64,000 nucleotides of DNA. It comes from Thermococcus sp. (GTDB lineage Archaea > Methanobacteriota_B > Thermococci > Thermococcales > Thermococcaceae). Shown here one piece after another: positions 1 to 9,312 of this stretch. The position numbers were made by a program, and so were the translations under genes. Numbering within the stretch: the first letter of the stretch is position 1; every line of letters starts with the position of its first letter. Where the stretch lies: the NCBI RefSeq assembly GCF_026991495.1, contig NZ_JALXBJ010000035.1, positions 2,512 to 66,511 on the forward strand, written 5' to 3'. Under the pieces are notes generated by a model, which did no database searches, was not told where the DNA came from, and saw only the letters and a program-made list of their open reading frames with translations.

Positions 1-163
1 CGGCTGGAGGGCCGAACTAACGCCCTTTGCCCGCCGAACCCCGCCAGGCCCGGAAGGGAGCAGCGGTAGGCGGGACGTGCGGCGCTCCCGGGGTAGCGGG
101 GGTGAGCGAGCCCCGGTGGAAGGGCACGGTGGAGGGTTCCCACCCCCGGGCGCGCCCGCCGCC
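1..163 (+). ncRNA. ffs: SRP (7S) RNA, 3' portion (5' part is outside the window)
   Basis: Helix-8 SRP54-binding motif GCCAGGCCCGGAAGGGAGCAGC at ~44-65 in a very GC-rich structured non-coding stretch. Confidence 0.93.
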
Positions 164-207
164 ACTAAGCTTTTATCGTTTCTATCCAAGTTTTAACGGT
201 GGTTCCA

Positions 208-1206
208 ATGCACCCAAAGATAGGTTCCCTTCTCTCGCCGTTTCCACGGGTGGAACTCGTTCCATGGGAGACGCCGGTTCATTACCTACCAAAGGTGAGT
301 GAAACCGTTGGGGCTGACGTCTACGTCAAGAGAGAGGATCTGACGGGTTTTGGAATCGGAGGCAACAAAATAAGGAAGCTTGAGTTCCTTCTCGGCGACG
401 CCTTATCGAAAGGCTACGACACTGTAATAACGATGGGGGCCGTCCACTCGAACCACGCCTTCGTAACTGCATTAGCGGCAAAAAAACTCGGACTGGAGCC
501 CGTTCTCATCCTCCGCGGAAAGGAGGAACCCAAGGGCAACTACCTCTTAGACAGGCTGATGGGAATCGAGACAAGGGTCTTTGACGTCGAGAAGACCCCC
601 GACCTGATCCCAATCGCGGAGGAAGTTGCGGGGGAGCTGAGGGCCGAAGGAAAAAGGCCCTACCTGATACCGATAGGCGGAGCCTCCCCGGTCGGAACCC
701 TCGGATACGTGAGGGCCGTTGGGGAGATAACGTCCCAGTCAACGGAGCTCGGCCTGGAATTCGATACTGTGGTCGATGCGGTCGGAAGCGGCGGAACCCT
801 CGCCGGACTGACCCTCGGTCTGGGCCTCATAGGTTCCAAAGCTAAACCCGTAGGAATTGGGGTCGGAATATTCGGTGGAGACATGGAGGAGAAGGTTCTC
901 AAGCTGGCTGAAGATGCCGGAAAACTCCTTGAAGTCAGTGTAAAGCTGGAAAGGCCGAGAATATACGACTACAGCTTCGGCGCCTACGGGAAGATAGTCA
1001 AGGAAGTCGCGGAGCTCATAAAATGGGTCGGGACAAAGGAGGGCATTCTCCTTGATCCAGTCTACACCGGCAAGGCCTTCTACGGCCTGATGGAGCTGGC
1101 CAAGGCCGGAGAACTCGGTGAGAGAATCCTCTTCCTCCACACGGGTGGTTTTCCAGGGCTTTTCCACTACGGCGAGGAGATGCTGGGGCTCATGCAAAAG
1201 CCTTAA
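208..1206 (+). CDS. PLP-dependent D-cysteine desulfhydrase / ACC deaminase family protein
   Basis: KREDLTG..GGNKIRKLEF PLP-lysine motif, LDPVYTGK and FLHTGG; start set at ATG 208 (MHPKI). Confidence 0.88.
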   Translation: MHPKIGSLLSPFPRVELVPWETPVHYLPKVSETVGADVYVKREDLTGFGIGGNKIRKLEFLLGDALSKGYDTVITMGAVHSNHAFVTALAAKKLGLEPVLILRGKEEPKGNYLLDRLMGIETRVFDVEKTPDLIPIAEEVAGELRAEGKRPYLIPIGGASPVGTLGYVRAVGEITSQSTELGLEFDTVVDAVGSGGTLAGLTLGLGLIGSKAKPVGIGVGIFGGDMEEKVLKLAEDAGKLLEVSVKLERPRIYDYSFGAYGKIVKEVAELIKWVGTKEGILLDPVYTGKAFYGLMELAKAGELGERILFLHTGGFPGLFHYGEEMLGLMQKP

Positions 1207-1240
1207 GGTTCCCTACGTTTTTTGCCTTTGGGGTGTTGAG

Positions 1241-2143
1241 ATGGTTGGCCTTGAGGTCGAGCTTTTTGGAGTACGGTTTGAAAACCCGCTAATCCTCGCA
1301 TCGGGAATAAACGACAAGACCCCGGAACAGTGGATTCGGGCGCATGAAGAAGGGGCGGGGGGAGTCGTGACAAAATCCATCGGGATCGAGCCGAGGGAGG
1401 GTTACGACAACCCGACCATAGTTGAGCTCCCCTACGGCCTGATAAACGCGATGGGACTGCCAAATCCCGGCTGGAAGGGCTTTCTTGAGATGGTCGAGGG
1501 CTACACCTTCGACTTCCCGGTGATAGTGTCCATCTTCGGCGGCACAGCCGAGGAGTTCGCTTTTTTGGCGGAGAAGCTGAGTGAAGTTGCCGATGCTTTC
1601 GAGCTGAACCTCAGCTGCCCCCACGCAAAGGGCTACGGTATGGAGATCGGCCAGAAACCGGAGAACGTCTATGAGGTCGTTAAAGCCGTCAAAGACACCG
1701 CCGATAAGCCGGTTATAGCGAAGCTCACACCCAACACCGACGAGGTAACGAAGCTCGGTCTATCTGCTGAGAAAGCGGGAGCCGATGGAGTTTCGGCCAT
1801 AAACACCCTGAAGGCCATAGCGATTGACGTCTACGCGAGAAGGCCAATCCTGAGCAATAAAGTCGGTGGCTACTCCGGGCCAGGTGTTAAGCCAGTCGCG
1901 TTAAGGGCGGTCTACGACCTTGCAAAAGCTCTCGACATCCCGGTGATAGGTATAGGGGGCATAACCACATGGGAAGACGCGGTCGAGTTCCTCCTCGCTG
2001 GGGCCTCAGCTTTGCAGATAGGAACCGCCGTTTCCCTCCGGGGCTGGAAGGTCTTCAGGGAGATAAGCGAGGGGATCGAGAAGTACCTTGAAAGCGAGGG
2101 CTTTTCGAGCGTTAAAGACATCATCGGCCTCGCCCTTGAGTGA
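1241..2143 (+). CDS. pyrD: Dihydroorotate dehydrogenase (family 1, catalytic subunit)
   Basis: NPLILASG, ELNLSCPH active-site Cys loop, KLTPN, AINT, GGYSG; start at ATG 1241 after GGTG. Confidence 0.95.
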   Translation: MVGLEVELFGVRFENPLILASGINDKTPEQWIRAHEEGAGGVVTKSIGIEPREGYDNPTIVELPYGLINAMGLPNPGWKGFLEMVEGYTFDFPVIVSIFGGTAEEFAFLAEKLSEVADAFELNLSCPHAKGYGMEIGQKPENVYEVVKAVKDTADKPVIAKLTPNTDEVTKLGLSAEKAGADGVSAINTLKAIAIDVYARRPILSNKVGGYSGPGVKPVALRAVYDLAKALDIPVIGIGGITTWEDAVEFLLAGASALQIGTAVSLRGWKVFREISEGIEKYLESEGFSSVKDIIGLALE

Positions 2144-2158
2144 GAGAAAGGGTTATTT

Positions 2159-2174
2159 AGTAGGAAAATCTACT
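2159..2174. promoter_or_regulatory. Inverted repeat AGTAG-N6-CTACT overlapping the vapBC promoter (likely TA autoregulatory operator)
   Basis: AGTAG GAAAAT CTACT directly after ggttattt, just upstream of the antitoxin start. Confidence 0.5.
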
Positions 2175-2186
2175 ATACTGCGGTGA

Positions 2187-2823
<637 letters not shown>

Positions 2824-2827
<4 letters not shown>

Positions 2828-3543
2828 AGCGCGCGGTGGTTTTGTTCTCCGGCGGGTTGGACAGCACGGCCTGCCTCTACTGGGCCAAGAGGAACTACGA
2901 TGAAGTGATAATGCTCACCGTCAACTACGGAAGCAACGAGGAGCGCGTTACTAACAGGGTTACGGAGTTCTTCTCGAAAGAGCTGGACGTTCCGCTTAAG
3001 ATCGTAAAGCTGGACTTCCTTGAGGAGTTCTCCAAACTGAGGGGCACCACGCTCGTTGGTGGGGAGACGCCGAGGGTTACTGGGAAAGAACTCGAAGACA
3101 TGGAGTTTGCCCGAGAAACTGCCAAAAGCGTCTGGGTTCCAGCGCGCAACGTAGTTTTAATAGCGGTCGCCGCTTCGCTTTTGGATGCCCTCGGGGGCGG
3201 GGACATAATAGTCGGCTTCAACGCCGAGGAAGGAGCAACTTTCCCGGACAACACACCGGAGTTCGTCGAAAAGATGAACGAGATGCTCCGCTACGGGACG
3301 CTGAGAGAAGTAAAAGTGGTCGCTCCCCTCATCAACCTCGACAAGAAGGGGATAGCGAAGCTCTTGAAGGAGTTAAACGCGAAGTACGAGTACTCCAACT
3401 CCTGCTACATGCCCAAGGGCTTCACCGAGGACGGGAAGCCGATACACTGCGGCGAGTGCGAGAGCTGTGTGAGGAGGCACCGTGGCCTTATTGAGGGCAT
3501 AGGCGAGGACAGGACTGTTTACGCGGTCGAGCCGAAGATTTGA
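2824..3543 (+). CDS. queC: 7-cyano-7-deazaguanine synthase (archaeosine pathway)
   Basis: SGGLDS PP-loop, VPARN, C-terminal C..CGECESC zinc site. Confidence 0.93.
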
Positions 3544-3641
3544 ACCACATTCTTTTGTTTTCCCAATTCCAGCTGCTTTTATCATGCAAACGTTTTTATA
3601 AGAGCTGATATATCTCTAAAAGAGCATAAGGGGGTGGAAAA

Positions 3642-3890
3642 ATGAACATCGTAAAGATAAGGGCCGTTCTCTCCACGACTCTGCTTGTTGTGTTCATTGG
3701 CGTCCTGTTCGTTACGGTCGGCGTGCTCTACACCACCAAGATAGGGCATCCTTTCCTTGGAATGACCAGGTCCCAGCTCTTCAAGGTCAGGAACATTCTA
3801 GGCCCCGTGATGAACGCGCTAATAATAGTCCACCTAGGAGTTAACTGGGGGATGTATAGAAGGGAACTGAAGGTTCTCCTCAGGAAGTAA
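3642..3890 (+). CDS. Small two-helix membrane protein (DUF4405-like)
   Basis: Two hydrophobic segments, IVHLGVNW motif, GGGGTGG RBS and its own TATA (tttttata). Confidence 0.6.
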   Translation: MNIVKIRAVLSTTLLVVFIGVLFVTVGVLYTTKIGHPFLGMTRSQLFKVRNILGPVMNALIIVHLGVNWGMYRRELKVLLRK

Positions 3891-3976
3891 CCTCCGAATT
3901 GGCTGTCTGGGTGAACGGATTAAGTTGTTTCACCGCAAGCTTTATAAATCTGCTCTGGCCTTCTATCTTTTGACGT

Positions 3977-4053
3977 GGGGCGGTAGCTCAGCCTGGGAGA
4001 GCGCCGGACTGAAGATCCGGGTGTCGGGGGTTCAAATCCCCCTCGCCCCACCA
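3977..4053 (+). tRNA. tRNA-Phe (GAA)
   Basis: Cloverleaf; anticodon arm CCGGA-CT GAA GA-TCCGG; TTCAAAT loop; encoded CCA. Confidence 0.97.
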
Positions 4054-4062
4054 CTTTTGCCT

Positions 4063-4140
4063 GCGGTGGTAGTCTAGCCTGGTCCAGGACACCGGCCTCC
4101 CAAGCCGGTAACCCGGGTTCGAATCCCGGCCACCGCACCA
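4063..4140 (+). tRNA. tRNA-Gly (CCC)
   Basis: Cloverleaf; anticodon arm CCGGC-CT CCC AA-GCCGG; encoded CCA; 9 nt after tRNA-Phe. Confidence 0.97.
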
Positions 4141-4142
4141 CA

Positions 4143-4166
4143 CAAACTTCACTTGCGCGAAGTTTG
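4143..4166. repeat. Perfect 8-bp inverted repeat CAAACTTC-N8-GAAGTTTG just 3' of tRNA-Gly
   Basis: Read directly from the sequence. Confidence 0.7.
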
Positions 4167-4232
4167 ATTAAGTTGATGATCCTTTTCTGAGAGCCATTTG
4201 ACAGAATTTCTCGTTGGGCAGACTTTTGATGA

Positions 4233-4472
4233 CTATCTGTGCCACATCTCATCGATGGGTTTGAGGAGGCTTTTTCCGGTGAGTTTTTGGTATTCTTCAT
4301 CGAGCTCGAAGAGCATTGCTAAATCCTCAAGAATTTCCTCAGCTTCGGCCTTCTCAAGGAGGGGTTCCCAGTTGTTGCTCACCTCGGCGAGGTAATAAAA
4401 CCTCTGCCAGCTAACGCCGTACTTCTCCTCAATACTCTTCAAGGCTCTCTTTATCTCTCCTGAAAGGCTCAT
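4233..4472 (-). CDS. Small acidic hypothetical protein (79 aa), possibly antitoxin-like
   Basis: GGAGGT RBS before ATG 4472; IEEKYGVSWQRF..EDLAML pattern. The upstream extension in the ORF track runs through a structured non-coding region. Confidence 0.6.
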   Translation of the reverse strand: MSLSGEIKRALKSIEEKYGVSWQRFYYLAEVSNNWEPLLEKAEAEEILEDLAMLFELDEEYQKLTGKSLLKPIDEMWHR

Positions 4473-4499
4473 GGACAAACCTCCAGCAGGTAGAAGATC

Positions 4500-4712
4500 A
4501 TCGGCCCCCCGCTCGGGGCCTCTGCCTCCTTCATCAATCCGGCGGGTCTCAAACCACCCAACCCAACCCCGCCGGCTCTCTGGTGGCGATGGCCCCCTCA
4601 CGAAGGTCCGGGCCGTCATCGCGTCCTCGACCCGGGCTTCACTCGGGGGCAGGAAACGGCGTTCGCCAAGCTCACCTCACGAGGTTAAGCACCTCACTCG
4701 GCGGGCAACCCC
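4500..4712 (-). ncRNA. Candidate structured non-coding RNA or mRNA leader (unidentified)
   Basis: Several GC-rich stems with tandem GA motifs, no credible CDS, AT-rich promoter-like DNA at 4713-4800. Confidence 0.5.
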
Positions 4713-4828
4713 AAGATAAGGTACCGCTGAAAACAAATAAATGTTTCTCTAAAACATGGAAACTAATGGAAGAGGTTTATATAGCTCCACTCCAATTAAG
4801 ACCTCTATCAAATTGACTTCCCCCTCTG

Positions 4829-5656
4829 TCACCAGCTCTTCCCTAAAAGGATCCCTCCCACGATGAGGCAAAGCCCGAAGACCGTTGACGGCTCTATCCT
4901 CTCTCCCACCGCCAGCGAGATGAAGAAAAGACTCAGGAAGGGCACGAGATAGACCAAATTCGAGGCGAACTCCATCTCATCCTTTATAGCTCTGTACCAG
5001 ATGAGGAAGGTAACGCCCATCTCGAATAGGCCGACGTAGACCGCCCCGGCAAGACCCTTGATGGGTGGAAGGGTGAACCCGCCCGAGAAAGCCAAAGCTA
5101 GAAAAACGTAGGCAGAGCCGAAGAGGAAGTTCCAGAAGGTCTTCTCAACCAGAGGTCTCTCATCCTTAAGGTTCAGCACCCAGTAGGAGGCCCATACCAC
5201 CGCGCTCCCGAGGGCTAAGGCAACCCCGGCTGGGTTCGAGAAGTCCAGCCCCCTCAGGTTTCCCCTCGTGGCCACGATAAAGGCACCAAAGAAGCCGATG
5301 AAGAGCCCAATAACTACCCTTATTCCGGGCCTCTTCCCGAGGAGCGGAACCGAGAGAAGGACGAGCATCAGAGGCCAGGTGTAGTTCAAAGCCTGCGCCT
5401 CCTGAGCCGGAAGCATGTCATAGGCCGAGAAGAGGAAGGTGTAGTAGAGAACGAGGAAAAGGCCGAGGTAAGCCGAGCGGAGGTTCTGTCTCCTTATAGA
5501 GAACCCGCGGGAGTGGAGTATTCCGAAGACTATGAGGGAAGTTAGCGAGGCGTAGAATAGGAGCTGAAGTGGTGTCAAGTACCTCAGCGAGAGCTTGAAG
5601 GCGGAAGCGACAGTTGACCAGAGGAGCACCGCGAGGAGAGCGTGCCTTTTGGGCAT
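4829..5656 (-). CDS. EamA/DMT family transporter
   Basis: About ten hydrophobic helices; LNYTWP and YLVP repeat motifs. Confidence 0.88.
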   Translation of the reverse strand: MPKRHALLAVLLWSTVASAFKLSLRYLTPLQLLFYASLTSLIVFGILHSRGFSIRRQNLRSAYLGLFLVLYYTFLFSAYDMLPAQEAQALNYTWPLMLVLLSVPLLGKRPGIRVVIGLFIGFFGAFIVATRGNLRGLDFSNPAGVALALGSAVVWASYWVLNLKDERPLVEKTFWNFLFGSAYVFLALAFSGGFTLPPIKGLAGAVYVGLFEMGVTFLIWYRAIKDEMEFASNLVYLVPFLSLFFISLAVGERIEPSTVFGLCLIVGGILLGKSW

Positions 5657-5686
5657 GTCTGGAGATGGAGCGGGAGGAATAAAAAT

Positions 5687-6766
5687 CTATCCGCTCTCCT
5701 TCAGAACCCGCTCAATGACCGGGTCAACTATGCGGTACTTCCTCCTGCCATCCACGGATTCCCGGATTATCCAGCTCATCTTTTCCAGGCTGTCCAGGAG
5801 TTTTGAAAGCCTCGACTTTGGGACTTCCTGCCCCTTTACGGCTAAATACTCCCTGAGGAGCTCCCAGCGGTTGTAGCCTTTTGCAATGCCCTCAAGGATC
5901 AGGATATAACGCGGACTTCTCCTTTCGAGTTCCTTGAGCTCTCCCCTGAGGAAGCCTTCGGCCTTTTTTAAGACGCTCTCAATCGCGGATTTAAGGTTCC
6001 CCTCCTTCATATAGGCCCTCCCAAAGTCCACAAGCCAGCCAGGAATCCCGTCAAGGACGTCAACTGCCCTTTCAATGTCCATCATCGGAACTTCAACACC
6101 CGCCTCCGCGAAGCCACGTTTCAGGAACTCAATGGAGAGACTTCTCGAAAAGGGCATCAGTCTTACTTCCCCATAGCTCCTTCCGTAGAGGGGGCTCTCG
6201 TACTCGCCAAGGCCGAGGAAGTCGTGGAGGAGACCGACCTCCGAACCCGTCAGGATGAACCTGAGGTTCTCAAGGTTATCGTAGGCATAGGCAAGGAGTG
6301 CTAAAAACTCCCGTCCCCCGCGGGAACCGTAGAAGCGGAGGTATTGGGCCTCGTCCACACCTATAACAGCCCCGACCTCATTAAGGGCCTCAAGGACGTC
6401 GGAAATTTGAATGGATTTCTCGAACCTGAGCTCAATTCCCTTTACTTTCACGCCATTAATTGTCTTCATGGCCTCAATAAGAATGCTCCTAAAGTCCTTG
6501 CGCAGGGAGTTGAGGGCCCTCTCAAGTTCCCTCCGCAGGGAGTCTGCCGTTATCCAGCCACCTGAATCGAAGTACATTTTCCTGGCGTCTATGTAAACGC
6601 CGCCCTCAATCTCGTTGAGCGTTGCCCTTAGGAGGGAGCTTTTACCAACCCTCCTTATCCCGAGGAGGAGTGTTAAGGGCTCATCAGCTGAAAAGAGTGC
6701 CTCAAACTCCTCCCTTCTGTCAAATAACTCATCAATGCTTCTCTTAGGCCTCGGATCGAACAGCAT
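5687..6766 (-). CDS. Archaeal ATPase (AAA, ATPase_2-type) with C-terminal winged helix
   Basis: MLFDPRPK start, GIRRVGKSS Walker A, VDEAQYL Walker B, FILTGS. Confidence 0.88.
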   Translation of the reverse strand: MLFDPRPKRSIDELFDRREEFEALFSADEPLTLLLGIRRVGKSSLLRATLNEIEGGVYIDARKMYFDSGGWITADSLRRELERALNSLRKDFRSILIEAMKTINGVKVKGIELRFEKSIQISDVLEALNEVGAVIGVDEAQYLRFYGSRGGREFLALLAYAYDNLENLRFILTGSEVGLLHDFLGLGEYESPLYGRSYGEVRLMPFSRSLSIEFLKRGFAEAGVEVPMMDIERAVDVLDGIPGWLVDFGRAYMKEGNLKSAIESVLKKAEGFLRGELKELERRSPRYILILEGIAKGYNRWELLREYLAVKGQEVPKSRLSKLLDSLEKMSWIIRESVDGRRKYRIVDPVIERVLKESG

Positions 6767-6804
6767 AGGTAACGCCCCCATTACCAGGTAACGCCCCCAT
6801 TACC
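6767..6804. repeat. Perfect 19-bp tandem duplication (AGGTAACGCCCCCATTACC x2) abutting the ATPase start codon
   Basis: 6767-6785 is identical to 6786-6804; each unit contains the inverted repeat GGTAA-N8-TTACC. Confidence 0.9.
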
Positions 6805-6849
6805 TATAAGCCTTTGGGCGTGTGAGAAAACATGAGAGAAGGGATAAAA

Positions 6850-8046
6850 TCACTCCTCTCTAAACGCCCCGTATTTCTTGGGGTCGTAGAAGGGCGGTGA
6901 AACCGTTACAGCTTTCTTGTGCTTGCCCCTTATCTCGACCTCGATTTCAACGCCCGGTTTCGCGTATTCAGGCTTCACGAAGGCTATTCCAATCCCTATG
7001 CCGAGGAGCGGTGAGAGGGTTCCGCTGGTGACCTCGCCTATGAGCTCGCCGTTGGCGTAGACCTCGTAGCCCTCCCTTGGGATGCCCTTGTCAACCATCT
7101 TGAAGTGCACCATCTTGCTGGGTAAACCGCGCTCCCTCTGCTTCAGCAGGGCTTCCTTCCCTATGAACTCCTTGTCCCAGAAGATTGCGAACTCAAGGTT
7201 GGCCTGGAGCGGAGTGACTTCATCGATGTCGGTGCTTAGGAGTTGCTTTTCTTTTGTCTCGTTTCCGTAGAGGGTGTAGCCAGCCTCAAGGCGGAGAGTG
7301 TCCCTCGCTCCAAGTCCCGCCGGTCTTATGCCGTACTGCTCCCCTGCCTCAAGAATCGTTTTCCAGACGTGGAGGGCCTTCTCGGGTTCACCCCTCTTTG
7401 ACGGATCCGGGTGGTACGGGTTGGCGTCCTCAAAGTAGACCTCCCAGCCGTTCTCGCCGGTGTAGCCACTCCTTGAGAGGAGCATCTTTATCCCGTCGAG
7501 CTCGACCTCCTTCGCCTGGAACCACCAGAGGTCGTTGATGTCGATTCCGAAGAGGTCTCTGGCAAGGTTCCTGGCTTTAGGCCCCTGTATCGAGAACATG
7601 GCCATGTCGTAGGTCTTGTTCTCTATCTCAAGGTCTATCTCGCCGAACTTCTCTATCCCGCGCTTTATCGCGTTGAACCAGGCCTCAAGCTTCTCGAAGG
7701 CATCTGAATCGCAGACCATCATGTAGGTGTCGTTCCCGAGGTTGAAGACGAGCGTCTCGTCCTTAACTGCGCCCCTCTCGTTGAGGACGAGGGTGTAGGT
7801 TCCGCTTATTGCTGGAGGCCTTCTTATGTCGTTGGTTGTTACGTACTGGAGGAACTCTAAAGCGTCTTTACCGCGGAAGAAGATTTCCCCCATGTGGGAG
7901 ACGTCGAAGATTCCGACGCCGTTTCTTACTGCCATATGCTCCTCCTTTATGCTCGAATACCAGATGGGCATCTCCCAGCCGGCGAACTCCTCAACCTTCT
8001 TCGCGTTCTCCTCATGCCAGTCGAAGATGTGAACCCTCTTGACCAC
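6850..8046 (-). CDS. gcvT: Glycine cleavage system T protein (aminomethyltransferase)
   Basis: [38 protein letters not shown]; start set at GTG 8046. Confidence 0.95.
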   Translation of the reverse strand: MVKRVHIFDWHEENAKKVEEFAGWEMPIWYSSIKEEHMAVRNGVGIFDVSHMGEIFFRGKDALEFLQYVTTNDIRRPPAISGTYTLVLNERGAVKDETLVFNLGNDTYMMVCDSDAFEKLEAWFNAIKRGIEKFGEIDLEIENKTYDMAMFSIQGPKARNLARDLFGIDINDLWWFQAKEVELDGIKMLLSRSGYTGENGWEVYFEDANPYHPDPSKRGEPEKALHVWKTILEAGEQYGIRPAGLGARDTLRLEAGYTLYGNETKEKQLLSTDIDEVTPLQANLEFAIFWDKEFIGKEALLKQRERGLPSKMVHFKMVDKGIPREGYEVYANGELIGEVTSGTLSPLLGIGIGIAFVKPEYAKPGVEIEVEIRGKHKKAVTVSPPFYDPKKYGAFREE

Positions 8047-8088
8047 AGCGATCACCGTTGGAACTTGAACGCGGTCGTTATAACCTTT

Positions 8089-9312
8089 TCACTCGATGTA
8101 CCTTATGGCCTCTGCCGGGTTCAGTTCAGCCGCCTTCTTGGCCGGATAGATGCTCGCGAGGAGACCTATTATCAGGGTCACTCCAAAGGCAACGGCAACG
8201 ACCCTGAGGTCAACGACCGGGCCCGGAAGGCCGGGGGTCTTAGCCCTTAAAAGCCCAACGACTATCTCCGCCATCAGGATCCCGAAGCCGAAGCCTATGA
8301 TCCCTCCAATAAGGGTCATCATCATGCCCTCAAGGAGTATCATCTCAAGGACGAACCTCTTCTTAGCTCCAAGGGCCCTGTAGGTCCCTATCTCCCTCGT
8401 CCTCTCCATAACCGATGTGAGGAGTGTGTTTATCACACCCAAGGCGCCGACGAAGAGGGCTATGCTTCCTATGCCAATGAGAAGGTTGTTGAGCATCTTC
8501 TCTATCCTGAAAACCGTCTTGACGCCCTGGCTCTCTGTTATTACCGTTGAGGAGGGCAGGCGCTTCTGAACGTCATGCTTGACCTGCTCGACGAAGGAAA
8601 CGTCGTCCACCCAGAGCTCGATGAAGCTTATCCTCCCGGGCTCGTTGTACATGGCCTGAAGGGCCTGGAGTGGAACGAAGACGCTCGTGTCAATAAAACC
8701 GCCTATGACGCTCTGACCGCTTTCCTGAAAGCTCCCCGAGACTTTAAACTCCCAGGGGCGACCGTTTTCACCGTACAGTTTTATTGTCTGGCCCGGGAGA
8801 ATGGCCCAGTTTAGATAGCCCCCGCCTTCCTTCTGTATCCTTCCGTTCGCGAGGGAGTAGCCGAGTATTGCCTTGAAGAGGGAGCCCTGTGGCATGAACT
8901 GACCCCTCTGAAGTGGGGGACCCGTCAGGGCATAGAACCTCTGGGCGTCCCGCGGGATCACCCCCATAACCGTAACGGGTATCTGCCAGCCCCTGTACTC
9001 CATCACGGTGAACTTAACGAGAACCGGATTCACCGCCTCAACGTGACCGAGCTTCCCGAGATCGGCCACAACGCTCTGGTTGAAGGTGCTCGTCCCTATG
9101 GTCCATATAGAGGCACCCATGCCCGGGAGAACGATGATAACGTTGCTGGTGCTCTGGAGCGTCTTGGAGATGGAGATCTGGAAGCCCTCGGCTATCGAGA
9201 CGAGGGCGGTTATCGAGGCTATGGCTATGATTATGCCCAACATCGTGAAGAAAGTCCTCACCTTTCTCCTGTGAAGGTTCCTGAGGGCTATCTTGAGGAG
9301 CTCCCTATCCAC
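8089..9312 (-). CDS. MacB/FtsX-type ABC transporter permease
   Basis: RTFFTMLGIIIAI, SVMERTREIGTYRALGA, YPAKKAAELNPAEAIR. Confidence 0.9.
   Translation of the reverse strand: MDRELLKIALRNLHRRKVRTFFTMLGIIIAIASITALVSIAEGFQISISKTLQSTSNVIIVLPGMGASIWTIGTSTFNQSVVADLGKLGHVEAVNPVLVKFTVMEYRGWQIPVTVMGVIPRDAQRFYALTGPPLQRGQFMPQGSLFKAILGYSLANGRIQKEGGGYLNWAILPGQTIKLYGENGRPWEFKVSGSFQESGQSVIGGFIDTSVFVPLQALQAMYNEPGRISFIELWVDDVSFVEQVKHDVQKRLPSSTVITESQGVKTVFRIEKMLNNLLIGIGSIALFVGALGVINTLLTSVMERTREIGTYRALGAKKRFVLEMILLEGMMMTLIGGIIGFGFGILMAEIVVGLLRAKTPGLPGPVVDLRVVAVAFGVTLIIGLLASIYPAKKAAELNPAEAIRYIE

Noticed and set aside
4173-4192. TTGATGA...CTGA as a C/D sRNA
   Set aside because: Only 7 nt between the boxes; no room for guides
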